Virus record (IMG/VR): IMGVR_UViG_3300032270_001157
Span: 1-64,000 of that record
Reading direction: 5' to 3' (one strand)
DNA length: 64,000 nt
Origin: a virus
Taxonomy: Duplodnaviria > Caudoviricetes
Part shown: in pieces, positions 38,901-47,718 of the stretch
How the letters are laid out: every line of letters starts with the position of its first letter
Numbering within the stretch: position 1 is the first letter of the stretch
Notes under the pieces: model-generated
The model's database searches: none
The model's input: the letters and a program-made list of their open reading frames with translations, nothing else
Told to the model about the DNA's origin: nothing
Made by a program: the position numbers and the translations under genes

Positions 38901-41900
38901 TTTCGGTAGTTGTCAAGCCATGCTTTTGCTCTTGGGTCTGTTGGTGCCATTTCTTCAACTTTTTTAACCTTATTAGCAAAATCAGACATATAATTAGCTA
39001 TGGTTGAATCCCAAGTATCGGCGAGCGGATCCATAGTTCCACCTGATAAATAAACCACTCCACCCTTAGCATAATTACCAGCATTAATACTCTTGAGCAA
39101 TGGCAGATTGCGCTGAGTAGCTTGTCTATTAACTACAAACTCACCCGGAGTTAACATTGCAGGAACAGTATCAGTTCCTCTTGGTTCATAATTTACTAAG
39201 GTTCCACCAGCAGCATAAACTGGACCACCTTGTGATCTTGTCATAACAGTGCCGGGTCTGGCCAATCCCAAGTTTTGATTATTAGTCTGAGCTCCATTAA
39301 AAGCATTGGTTAATTTATCTAAAGCTGAGATCAAAGCTGTATTAGCAGTATTTAATATTTGACCCTGTTTTTCTAATAATGGATTAATAGCTCTTTGAGT
39401 AGCTTCTCCCAATGCCATTTGCTGTTGTTTGTATAAATTTTCTAGAGCTTTAATTTGTGGGTCTTGTGCTGGAGCGGCCCTTAGATTAGCAAGAATTTCT
39501 TTAAGGAAAGGATTATTCTCAACATTAAGACCTTGAGCCCGAGCAGTATTTTGGATTAAGTCTGCTCTTAAAGTGTTTGCTCTTTGCTTATCTGTAGTGT
39601 CTAAACCAGAAACTTGAATCATTTCGTTGAATAGACTAAAAGAATTTTTAGCATCAGCAGCAAAGGCATCCTGAGCAGCAGCCATAGCCTCTAAATTAGT
39701 ACCACCATCTTGAATAGTTTTTCTATAAGCTTGTTGAGCAGATATTGATTGGTTGATAGTGGTGATTTGACCATTTAGTGTTCTATTAAGAAGATCATAG
39801 GTGGAATTGAGATTTCTTAATTCTGTGGGGGTGCTGGTGACTAATTTTTCTCCAAAAGAAGCACCAGCTTGAGTACGACTTTCTCTTTCTTGTACTAGCT
39901 GACCAATTTTACTCAGGGTGTCTTGCATATCTTGCTTAATAAGATCTGGTAAACCCTCTAGCCCCTTTTCAGTAGCCTCAATTTGTCTATTTAAACTAGC
40001 AAGAGCATCTTTTTGTTTGGCTATAAGAGAGATTACGGCTGGATCTGCTAAGTTCCCTGAACTATTTAATCTTTCAATATTACCTTCTACAGAACTTCTC
40101 TGATTAATGAGCATGGTTCTTTGATTAGTCAAATTAGCAGCTGTTAAAGAACCGGGCTTAACACCAGCATTTATAGCCGCTTCTGTATATCTGCCTGCTG
40201 ATCTTTCTGTAAGAGATGTTCTACGTCCTTCTCCTAAGGCTTCTCTAAGAGATACCATGCTATCTGAAAGATAACCTTGTAAACTAGCAAACTTAGCAGT
40301 AGCTTGAGTTTGAAGTTCTGCTGCTTTTTGAACAGCATTACCATATGTATCTAAAGCTTTTTCGATAAAAGCATATTGTTTCATCATAGTGTCGAAGGCT
40401 TTTTTCTGAGAATCAATTAATTGCTTAAGCCCACCAACACTATCTATTAATGATTGAGGATCTAATACTCCGTCATTTTGTTTAATATTATCTTTAACAG
40501 CACCTTTTAATTGATTACGAATAGCATCAGAGATTCTATTATCTCCAAAAGTATTTATAAGCTGCTGAGTCAAATCTCTTGTAATATTTTCGCCTAATAC
40601 TTCACCACTAGCTCCGGTCTGTTGTGCTTGAACAGCAATTCTGGTTATAGTATCTTCAGCCGAAGCACCAAATGTAGATAGTCCCTCCACAAACTTTTTA
40701 TCTGTACCAAACATGCCGCTGACTTGACTAACTGCTGTTTGGCGTTCTCTTGCTGAGTAAGCATTAGGATTCTTTAATATGTCGGTAGATTGAAACTGCG
40801 TTTTGAGAGATACTTGACCACTAGCAATATCATCAATTCTTTGACTAGCTCTGTCTAATCCTGTTGTGGCTGAGTCTATAGCCTGATCCATATTCTCAAA
40901 AGTTTTAGCTATACTAACAGATGATAGATTTAATACTCTGGCAGATTGTTGTAGAGCTGTAACCCGTGCTCTTTCTGCTACCGTAGCTTGTAGTGTTGCT
41001 GTTTCTTCTTTAAAGTAGGTATCTATTAATTCTTTTTGTCTCTGTTCAATTTCTGCTCTGATTTGTGGATCTTGACCTGCTGTTTTCTTAAGAGCTTCCA
41101 ATTCTTGATTTTTAGTATTAAACTGCTTATTTGTTTGAGCGATATTAAGCTTTGCTAATCCTTGATCTCCACCAAAAGATGATAAAGCTTGCTCAATATT
41201 TAGTCCACTTTCAACTTTAGCGGCTAGTGTTTTTAGAGCTATCTCACCACCAACTTTTTGATTAGCAGTTTCTTCTTCTCCGATTTGTGCATTGGTTGGT
41301 CGTGAGGCTTTATAAAAACCAAATGAAGCAGCTTCTAATCCACGAGTAAGCATACTAGGCTGGCGTAGCTCTGCTTGTTTAGCTGATATTTTTTCTTCTT
41401 CAGCAGCAATATCCTTGAAGTTTTTAACTATCGAGGAGGTTAGAGCAGCATCTCTTGGATTCTTATTTAGTTTTTCTAACTGACCTTCTGCTGTAGTAGC
41501 ACTATTTTCTATTTTCTTTTTGCTTAAATCAATATCTGCTTCTTTAATAGCATTACGAAAACTATCAACAGCTAGTACAGTACCAGCTATTGCTCCTGCT
41601 AATGCTCCCCATGGACCAGCTTGTGCTCCTACAGCTATAGCTCCACCAAAAGCTGTACCAGCAGCAGCAACACCACGACCTGTGCTGCCCCCGACTGCTG
41701 CTCCAGCGGCTTCTGCTGCCATAGGAGCAGCAAATGCTAATGCTAAACCAGTATTCATATATGAAGCTCTACGATTTCTTTTAGCATCATATTGTGCTCT
41801 TTGAGCATCAGACATATTACCAACTTCTTCATCTGATGGTCCCATAACTTTACTTCTTAAAGAAGAAATGCTGCTACTGATAAAACCAGTAGTTTTAGAA

Positions 41901-44900
41901 GCAACACTTTGAACAGCTTGGAAGATAGTTTGTGTTTGTCGTGATGACTGAGCAACTTGTTGCGATGACTGAGCTGCTCTTTGTAGATTTTGATCAATAA
42001 TTCTAGCAGAAGCTGCTGCTATATCTGATGTGCTATCTCTTCTGGCTCCTTGAGGAAGAGGACCTATTAAAGTAGCATTGGAACGAGCAGTATCTATCCT
42101 ATTTTGAATATAGCTATCTGTAGCTACTTTTTGGCTATTCTGAGCATTTTGTCTAGCTTCTTGAAATCCCATTCCTTTAGATCTATTGAAATTTAAAGCT
42201 TGTTGGTAAATTGCGTCCCCAAACTGCTCTATTTCCATCATTACTTTTTGTATTCTAGCTTCAACATCTCCTGGATTTGCTGATCCACCTACATTAAATC
42301 TTTGTATTCCACGAACAGCACCACCAGAACGAAAGCCTAAAGCCTTTGTTGCAGCTTCACGAATAATGAAACTACCTACTGGTAACGATACTGGTCCAAT
42401 ACTATCACTAGTTCCTGATCCCGGACCCTTAAAAACACCAATACCTCCAGCAGAGAACGAACTCATTCCATTACGATCTGCTTGATTCATTTCTCTTAAT
42501 TTGCCATATCCTATTGCTTTTGCTGTCTCTGGTGGAACAAAAGCTTCTCCATTAGAAACCATAGCTGGAACATTTCCACCCGCTGCATATCCTCGCATTT
42601 TCTTGAAAGATTTTTGATCACTGTTAATCTCGTAATCTCTAACAGTGCGACCATCTTTCTTTGCATAGTCTGCAATTCTATTTTGTTTATTTATTATTGC
42701 TGCTCCAACTTTTTCTTGAATAGCAGAAGGCGGAGCTTTGTATGGTTTTAAAGAAACAGGCATAGGAATTGATCCTTCACCAAATCCTCCTACTTTCCAC
42801 TGCTCTCCATAACCACCGGGAACAGGAATTTGTTCCATAAACTGAGCTTCAGTTAAACCAGCCTTAATAATATCTTCTAGACTATACTTAAATCCTCCTC
42901 TTTGAATTAATTTTGGAGTTCCTCCTTCAGCAAACCTTTGAATAGCTCCACCACTCTTATATCCTTGAGTTTTTAGATAAGTAATAATATTATCTTCTAC
43001 TGTTGATGGTCCACTAATAGTTCTTTTTGCGTCTGTTGCTATATTGCCTGGAATACCAAAATATTTAGCTGCCCCTTTTAATCCCTGTGGAAAGTCCATT
43101 CCTTGACCCTTAAGCGCTCCTGGCCCACCGAGTTTCTGAATCATTTTTTCAAACAACACACCCTGAGCCGTAGCTTCTGCATTAGAATTGCCTGAGATTT
43201 TCCTATTTCCATAACGATATGCTTGTATGCCTTCTTTGGATCTTGCTCTTGCAGCTTTAATATTTCTAGCATCATCATCAACAAATAATGAGCCTGGACT
43301 TAATAACGCTGCTTTAAGTTTAGCTATTTGAGATCCAGATACTCCTGGTCCTCCTAGTCCCTTAAATTGGGTAAGGGGGATTGGAAGTCCCTTGCTAGAC
43401 AACCATTCTTGAACTAAGTCTAGGGTTGAAGCAGGTCGTGCTGTTATGAGTTTTAGATTGCTTAATAGCTCTGGTTTTTTAGATACGAGACCAGCTAATT
43501 CTTGTCCTAATGCGCTTAATTTGGCGCCCCTTAGTGCGGCCGATACCTTGTTTCTATCTCCAAACTCAGCAAACTTGGGAGTTCTTGGGTCAGATAAAAT
43601 CTTGTCGGCACCGAAGGCTAATGTTCTATCAAAGTCTAGATTTAATTCTTTGCCAAGACCAGTTTTAGCTAGAATATCAGCAATCATAACCTTTTTAGCG
43701 GCTCTTCCTGCACTTTTATTAAGGGAAGAATTAAAGGATTCTTCTATAGAACTAGCTACCGCAGGATCCATTATGCCACTAACAATTCTAACATCAACAG
43801 GAGCTTTAAGCTGATCAGAAGTGATTTTTTTATTGATTGGAGAGAATGGAGACCCTAACATACCAGCCGCCCCGAATAATAATCCCTTAGACGTTATTCT
43901 GGTTGTTCTGGCTTGTTGCGCTCCAGATAATCTATTTTGTTTTTTGGTGAATTCTGCTAGAATAGCTGCTTTACTTGCTGCTTGGGCTTCTGTTGGAGCG
44001 CGCTTATTTAATGTAGTATATACATCTGTTGCACTAATACCTCCAGCCTTAGCAGCTGTTTCTAGACCTAATAATTTAATGATTTCACTAGTTGTTGCTT
44101 TTTTACCAGATGTTGGGGTTACTACGCCAGCATCCGCAAATTTAGAAATTGATCCGCCACTAGCAAGATATTTTCTCATTTCTTGTGTGGTCTTTTTTCT
44201 ACCAGCTACATTCTCTAATTTATAAACACTTTTTTCTTCAAACCCCTTAATTAAATTAGTTGCATCTGCTTTACTTAAAACATTTTTAATACTTTTTGAT
44301 AACAGACCGGGCATAATCTTGCTGACATCATTAGCATCTGTATCATAAAATGTTGGATATGACGCAACAGAGTTTGCTAGTTCTTGTTGAATAGCAGGAT
44401 AGTTATTGTTTAATAATTGTTGAGCTATTGATGAGGACTGCCCTGTGAATCGATATTTTTTACCACCAGACTTTAATGTTTTAAATACATCCTTAGATCT
44501 AATATAAGAAGCAAGTTTACTACTCAAAACTCCTTGTAAATCTGGTGCCTTAGCCCAATTGCTGTTCCATGACTGTGGTAAATCTAAACCCATATTTGAA
44601 TATATGCCAGCAACGGATAATTGTTTTTTCTGTAAATACTTTTTCAGTTTAGGAGAAAAAGAGTCTGGTTCCAGTCTAGCGTCTAAATGAGTAAAATGAG
44701 TAGCTGATGATGTTGGGAGTTCTTGTTTTTTCTTTGCTGCTTTCCCTGCTCCAGCCCTGTTTAAATCATAAAGTCTGTTGAGCCCAATATTACGAACAGC
44801 CTTTTTGTTCATAACAAACTCTCCCGGCGTTAACATTGCCGGAACAACATCTCCGTCTCCATAACCCGGAACATGACCACCAGAAGCAAAGGCTCTAATT

Positions 44901-46471
44901 GGTCCACCTTGACTATTTCTATTGGGTCTCATTCCACCAATAAATCCTCTACTAAACTGACCTAGTGCAGATAATCCTCTTAATGCGAAAATAGCTCCTA
45001 AAGCTGGTAGTGCTCCTTTAGCAGCATCTGTGAGTCTAATTAAATTACTAGTTAAGTCTAAAGATAGTTTAACGAAGGATTGAAATCCAGAGCTTTGTCC
45101 AATAGATCGAACTAAACCTACAAATTCATTTCTTACTTTTGCCATTTGAACAGCTAATGATTGTTGTGCTGTTGCGGCATCAGTAGCTAAAGAGTCTTGT
45201 CCTGTTTGAGCAACTTTTAATGCTGCTTGGGCAGTTGCGAACTGTTGAATTAATGGAATCACCTTACCAATCTGACGAAAGCCACCAAGTTCTTCTACGA
45301 TTCTGGAGAACTTTAAATCTCTGGGGTCTAATTGAGATAATCCTTCGCTCAATCTTCTAACAGCCTCATATGGTCCAACGAACTTACCTTGTAAATCTGT
45401 TAATGTAACACCATATTCTTTAAGGGCATCGATTGTATCCCCTCTTTGAATTCTGGTAAAAATTGTTCTTAAACCAGTAGCAATGGTTTCGGCGCTTTCA
45501 CGAGTTGTAGCACGAACACTGGTGAACACAGCCATGAATTCATTTAGGGCTTGAGTACCTTCACTAACTCCCTTACTAGCTGTAGCAAACACACCACCGG
45601 TACGCTGAATAGCAGTAATAATGTCACCGGCTTCAACAGCAAACTTAGCAGCTACCGCATTTACTGAACCTAATGCTCGATCTAATTCGCCAGCACTAAT
45701 ACCGAACTGTCTCATCAATGCGATACTACCTTCTACGGTACTATTCAAGTTATCGAATGATGGAGCTAATGCACTAAGAGCCAAAGCTTTTAATGCCTTC
45801 TCTGTATCTCTAGCACTTAAGCCAGCCTGAGCCAATGTACTAGATACTTTAATTAATTCATTAGATGACACACCGAACTTAGTAGATAAATCAGTAATTT
45901 CGGCAACTAATCCACCAAGATTTTTAACTGATGTATCAGTAACCTGAGATACTCTAACCAATTCTTGATTAAAAGCAATAAAGTCTGTTGTTGCAGATGT
46001 TAGGGCGTTAGATACTTTATAAATCACTCCTGTTACTGTGGCAAAGGCGGCAAATCTACGAACAGCCAATGCTGACTGCTGACCAAACTCTCTAAATGCT
46101 GAAGTAGTCCCATGAACAGCAGCAGTAGCAGCAGCATTTTGTTGAGTTACATTTTGTGTGGCATTATTTATTTGTTGTAAATTAGCTGGTAAATTACCAG
46201 CACTATTATTAACTTGTTGTATAGCAGTCCCAAGATTTCTCAGAGATATTGCTGTAGCGTTTGCTGAAGCATTAGTGGCCTGTAGAGTATTATTAAAAGC
46301 TCTAAAAGTTTGATTAAGAGCACCGATATTGCGGGCCACACCGGGATCCAAGCGAACATTAACATTAGCATTAATAGTTCCTAGTTGTCGCCTAATATCG
46401 GCAACAATAGTCCTAATGTTAGATGGTCCTCGTAAATTTAACTCAGCTGTAAGATTAAAACCTCTAGCCAT
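35999..46471 (-). CDS. Tail tape measure protein (3490 aa) with cargo domains
   Basis: N-terminal TP901-type core (ELVRVSQVT, LAQAGLS, ATTRESAETIATGLRTI), a Gly/Ala-rich hydrophobic segment at about 41570-41760, coiled-coil regions and repeated PAMLTPGEFV modules. Confidence 0.92.
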   Translation of the reverse strand: MARGFNLTAELNLRGPSNIRTIVADIRRQLGTINANVNVRLDPGVARNIGALNQTFRAFNNTLQATNASANATAISLRNLGTAIQQVNNSAGNLPANLQQINNATQNVTQQNAAATAAVHGTTSAFREFGQQSALAVRRFAAFATVTGVIYKVSNALTSATTDFIAFNQELVRVSQVTDTSVKNLGGLVAEITDLSTKFGVSSNELIKVSSTLAQAGLSARDTEKALKALALSALAPSFDNLNSTVEGSIALMRQFGISAGELDRALGSVNAVAAKFAVEAGDIITAIQRTGGVFATASKGVSEGTQALNEFMAVFTSVRATTRESAETIATGLRTIFTRIQRGDTIDALKEYGVTLTDLQGKFVGPYEAVRRLSEGLSQLDPRDLKFSRIVEELGGFRQIGKVIPLIQQFATAQAALKVAQTGQDSLATDAATAQQSLAVQMAKVRNEFVGLVRSIGQSSGFQSFVKLSLDLTSNLIRLTDAAKGALPALGAIFALRGLSALGQFSRGFIGGMRPNRNSQGGPIRAFASGGHVPGYGDGDVVPAMLTPGEFVMNKKAVRNIGLNRLYDLNRAGAGKAAKKKQELPTSSATHFTHLDARLEPDSFSPKLKKYLQKKQLSVAGIYSNMGLDLPQSWNSNWAKAPDLQGVLSSKLASYIRSKDVFKTLKSGGKKYRFTGQSSSIAQQLLNNNYPAIQQELANSVASYPTFYDTDANDVSKIMPGLLSKSIKNVLSKADATNLIKGFEEKSVYKLENVAGRKKTTQEMRKYLASGGSISKFADAGVVTPTSGKKATTSEIIKLLGLETAAKAGGISATDVYTTLNKRAPTEAQAASKAAILAEFTKKQNRLSGAQQARTTRITSKGLLFGAAGMLGSPFSPINKKITSDQLKAPVDVRIVSGIMDPAVASSIEESFNSSLNKSAGRAAKKVMIADILAKTGLGKELNLDFDRTLAFGADKILSDPRTPKFAEFGDRNKVSAALRGAKLSALGQELAGLVSKKPELLSNLKLITARPASTLDLVQEWLSSKGLPIPLTQFKGLGGPGVSGSQIAKLKAALLSPGSLFVDDDARNIKAARARSKEGIQAYRYGNRKISGNSNAEATAQGVLFEKMIQKLGGPGALKGQGMDFPQGLKGAAKYFGIPGNIATDAKRTISGPSTVEDNIITYLKTQGYKSGGAIQRFAEGGTPKLIQRGGFKYSLEDIIKAGLTEAQFMEQIPVPGGYGEQWKVGGFGEGSIPMPVSLKPYKAPPSAIQEKVGAAIINKQNRIADYAKKDGRTVRDYEINSDQKSFKKMRGYAAGGNVPAMVSNGEAFVPPETAKAIGYGKLREMNQADRNGMSSFSAGGIGVFKGPGSGTSDSIGPVSLPVGSFIIREAATKALGFRSGGAVRGIQRFNVGGSANPGDVEARIQKVMMEIEQFGDAIYQQALNFNRSKGMGFQEARQNAQNSQKVATDSYIQNRIDTARSNATLIGPLPQGARRDSTSDIAAASARIIDQNLQRAAQSSQQVAQSSRQTQTIFQAVQSVASKTTGFISSSISSLRSKVMGPSDEEVGNMSDAQRAQYDAKRNRRASYMNTGLALAFAAPMAAEAAGAAVGGSTGRGVAAAGTAFGGAIAVGAQAGPWGALAGAIAGTVLAVDSFRNAIKEADIDLSKKKIENSATTAEGQLEKLNKNPRDAALTSSIVKNFKDIAAEEEKISAKQAELRQPSMLTRGLEAASFGFYKASRPTNAQIGEEETANQKVGGEIALKTLAAKVESGLNIEQALSSFGGDQGLAKLNIAQTNKQFNTKNQELEALKKTAGQDPQIRAEIEQRQKELIDTYFKEETATLQATVAERARVTALQQSARVLNLSSVSIAKTFENMDQAIDSATTGLDRASQRIDDIASGQVSLKTQFQSTDILKNPNAYSARERQTAVSQVSGMFGTDKKFVEGLSTFGASAEDTITRIAVQAQQTGASGEVLGENITRDLTQQLINTFGDNRISDAIRNQLKGAVKDNIKQNDGVLDPQSLIDSVGGLKQLIDSQKKAFDTMMKQYAFIEKALDTYGNAVQKAAELQTQATAKFASLQGYLSDSMVSLREALGEGRRTSLTERSAGRYTEAAINAGVKPGSLTAANLTNQRTMLINQRSSVEGNIERLNSSGNLADPAVISLIAKQKDALASLNRQIEATEKGLEGLPDLIKQDMQDTLSKIGQLVQERESRTQAGASFGEKLVTSTPTELRNLNSTYDLLNRTLNGQITTINQSISAQQAYRKTIQDGGTNLEAMAAAQDAFAADAKNSFSLFNEMIQVSGLDTTDKQRANTLRADLIQNTARAQGLNVENNPFLKEILANLRAAPAQDPQIKALENLYKQQQMALGEATQRAINPLLEKQGQILNTANTALISALDKLTNAFNGAQTNNQNLGLARPGTVMTRSQGGPVYAAGGTLVNYEPRGTDTVPAMLTPGEFVVNRQATQRNLPLLKSINAGNYAKGGVVYLSGGTMDPLADTWDSTIANYMSDFANKVKKVEEMAPTDPRAKAWLDNYRNWINSTSQRGAYSSQGALEMASNYKSPKLPGWLTSTMDGLDNLYQGVKSVGSNISSAIKNPRAASTTALKYIGTQASGAARMAAPYVGRLIGPTFGAISGAMADPNKTGRNRAVNTVLGVVTGTGETMGDVGAHSLLGRATGVQQGTMLDTQLGNFSQLGLTTGYYMGFGLDPATAGLIASANMLTQETVGLYGDAKKMHTSNNNTDRMLKNSTISSSADDPLAEFKLNVMDRRDAERLAEFNIESRRLQKGAKPRKDAVGNLMTQAFIDQQISNIYDSLNSEDTISVPFGRDRKVVKGRNTHSTNEVFQSAVSAQEQYLERQHAASEEARIAKIEEKKQAEQAAQERKREQELENQRVQARASSSVFRIDGRDVDAATVATDTSMPGDTYGLTASAQRGKNKVDTANRIRNQAENQREANRWVHQPATPGPVKLKSGQTVDPNKQTQSLNKKKKDKELELEQYSFVDPADMTEEQKKDKERLLRERDQINSEIIKLNRMIAVDVPMRERDQQWKMHGKKQEQDANKAQIAASNRANAKRFRLELAVGQAVGMGAPNKFTSPEAFMGWREQALSKLKKKFNLTGSNKIDEKLLTQYGLSAGAAQDLFHPFTPDQAEALIQAMSQETSGGNYKYSARDIAILRMNPDQIEALALRINNGDTYLQGNMDERKKLEKAQEKTFSKLLRNFSSIDRMAARGQGMNRAQQAMLKNNISKQLTKMGYINPQNSDEDNAARLAPFNINNTVGFLYPQVAAGNPAFRSSGGMIYASRGTLVNYQPRGTDTIPAMLTPGEFVVNRQATQQNLPLLQSINGGVNHMSRGGMAYLSEGGIPGVRSGSMFNLGQIFISLSQTTKQFTNSLQLAVSMLSDYQKQLSSGTTNSVSNNTGSNNPNMDGLSQFTNTFNKFIGQLAALNLPPQITIQGTHKVEVVINGGAAFANMQEPIQRMILGEVNVAMNKLAIQTEGVLRT
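36480..36625 (-). repeat. TMP internal repeat copy (TLVNYQPRGTDTIPAMLTPGEFVVNRQATQQNLPLLQSIN)
   Basis: Near-identical in protein to the copy at about 39085-39230. More diverged copies lie at about 44800-44890 and 42350-42590. Confidence 0.9.
39085..39230 (-). repeat. TMP internal repeat copy (TLVNYEPRGTDTVPAMLTPGEFVVNRQATQRNLPLLKSIN)
   Basis: See the partner copy at about 36480-36625. Confidence 0.9.
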
Positions 46472-46487
46472 AATTTAATATGCCCTC

Positions 46488-46525
46488 AAAAAAATAACAC
46501 CACACTGCTATTTGACAGTATGGTG
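46488..46525 (-). terminator. Intrinsic terminator-like hairpin just upstream of the TMP gene
   Basis: Minus strand CACCATACTG-TCAAATAG-CAGTGTGGTG (10 bp including one G-U) followed by TTATTTTTTT. Confidence 0.75.
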
Positions 46526-46555
46526 CTATAGGTTAAACAAAATATAGAAAGAATA

Positions 46556-47419
46556 TCAGGTAGGAGTCTCTGGGGCTGATGGAGTTGGTGTTGTTTCATC
46601 TTGTTTAGTTTCTTCTTTATTGCTTTCTAATACAACGGGCTTTCCTTCTTCGTCCAAAAATGGCTGTGCTTCAACTACATAGTCACCTTCTAGATCTACC
46701 CTATTGCCGAACTTATCAACAAAGTTACCCTGCTCATCAATGAAACGATTATTCTCATCGATCAACCTACCTTCTGCATCAACCAAACGACCCTGCTTAT
46801 CAACAAGCCTTAGTTTATCATCAACAAATTTATACTTCTGTAAAAACTTGTTTTCTGGTAAAGTTTTCTCAAAATTATTATCCAATCCATAAATTATGTT
46901 AGCCAATTTTTGAGCACCGAGCAAAGCTACTGGATCATCTGCTTTGTTCAAATACTCTTCCAAACTCTTAAAATAAGGCTCATTAGTATCTTTATACACC
47001 ACACAAACAGATACTAAATAATTAAACCTAGCATTATCAGCTTGACCTTCGGCACTATGATTATCTAGAGATGTACGAACACTAATTAGGTCTCTTATTT
47101 CAGCCCTAATTTCTTTCATCTTTAAAGCAAGGTCTTTAGCATCCTTTAGACCGAAACCACCCTTAGCTAATCTTTTTTCTCCGTCTAATAGTTCTTGTTG
47201 CAGGTCAGAGAACTTCTTCTGCTTTTCTCTATTCCATAATCCTTGTTCTTCTAAGAGATCATCCATCTTGGCTCTAACCACAGACTTGCTCTTAATAGCG
47301 TCTGTGAAGGCTTGGTTATAAGTCTTCTGAGCTTCTCTCTGATCATTTAAAGAGGGTGAACGAACAAGGAAATGCTTCTCTACATTATCAACAACCACAC
47401 TAAAGGTATCAGTTTTCAT
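46556..47419 (-). CDS. Putative tail assembly chaperone with 7-aa (L/F)(V/I)DxxG repeats
   Basis: Immediately upstream of the TMP. Repeats at about 46640-46830. Confidence 0.55.
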   Translation of the reverse strand: MKTDTFSVVVDNVEKHFLVRSPSLNDQREAQKTYNQAFTDAIKSKSVVRAKMDDLLEEQGLWNREKQKKFSDLQQELLDGEKRLAKGGFGLKDAKDLALKMKEIRAEIRDLISVRTSLDNHSAEGQADNARFNYLVSVCVVYKDTNEPYFKSLEEYLNKADDPVALLGAQKLANIIYGLDNNFEKTLPENKFLQKYKFVDDKLRLVDKQGRLVDAEGRLIDENNRFIDEQGNFVDKFGNRVDLEGDYVVEAQPFLDEEGKPVVLESNKEETKQDETTPTPSAPETPT

Positions 47420-47420
47420 A

Positions 47421-47714
47421 TTAATTGTCCTTTTTAATTACCGGAAATGAATAGCTATATTGTGTCTTAAATACTCCACCGTACTTATAGAAGTCTTCTT
47501 TGATATTTCTAATCTGAGTATTGCCATGATTTAAAATTTGATTGCGAGTATAATCCCACATATCTGCAAACTCTTCTTCTTTTTCTGTGAGATCTCCATC
47601 TTTATCGTGGCCCCACAAAAAACCAAAATTTTCCTCCATACGAGCTAATGCTCCAATCATGGTTGTTTGAATTCTTTTTTCCATATAAAATCTAAGTCTC
47701 TCTGGATCGTACAT
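47421..47714 (-). CDS. Hypothetical protein (tail assembly region)
   Basis: 97-aa ORF packed in the operon. Confidence 0.65.
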   Translation of the reverse strand: MYDPERLRFYMEKRIQTTMIGALARMEENFGFLWGHDKDGDLTEKEEEFADMWDYTRNQILNHGNTQIRNIKEDFYKYGGVFKTQYSYSFPVIKKDN

Positions 47715-47718
47715 AAAA

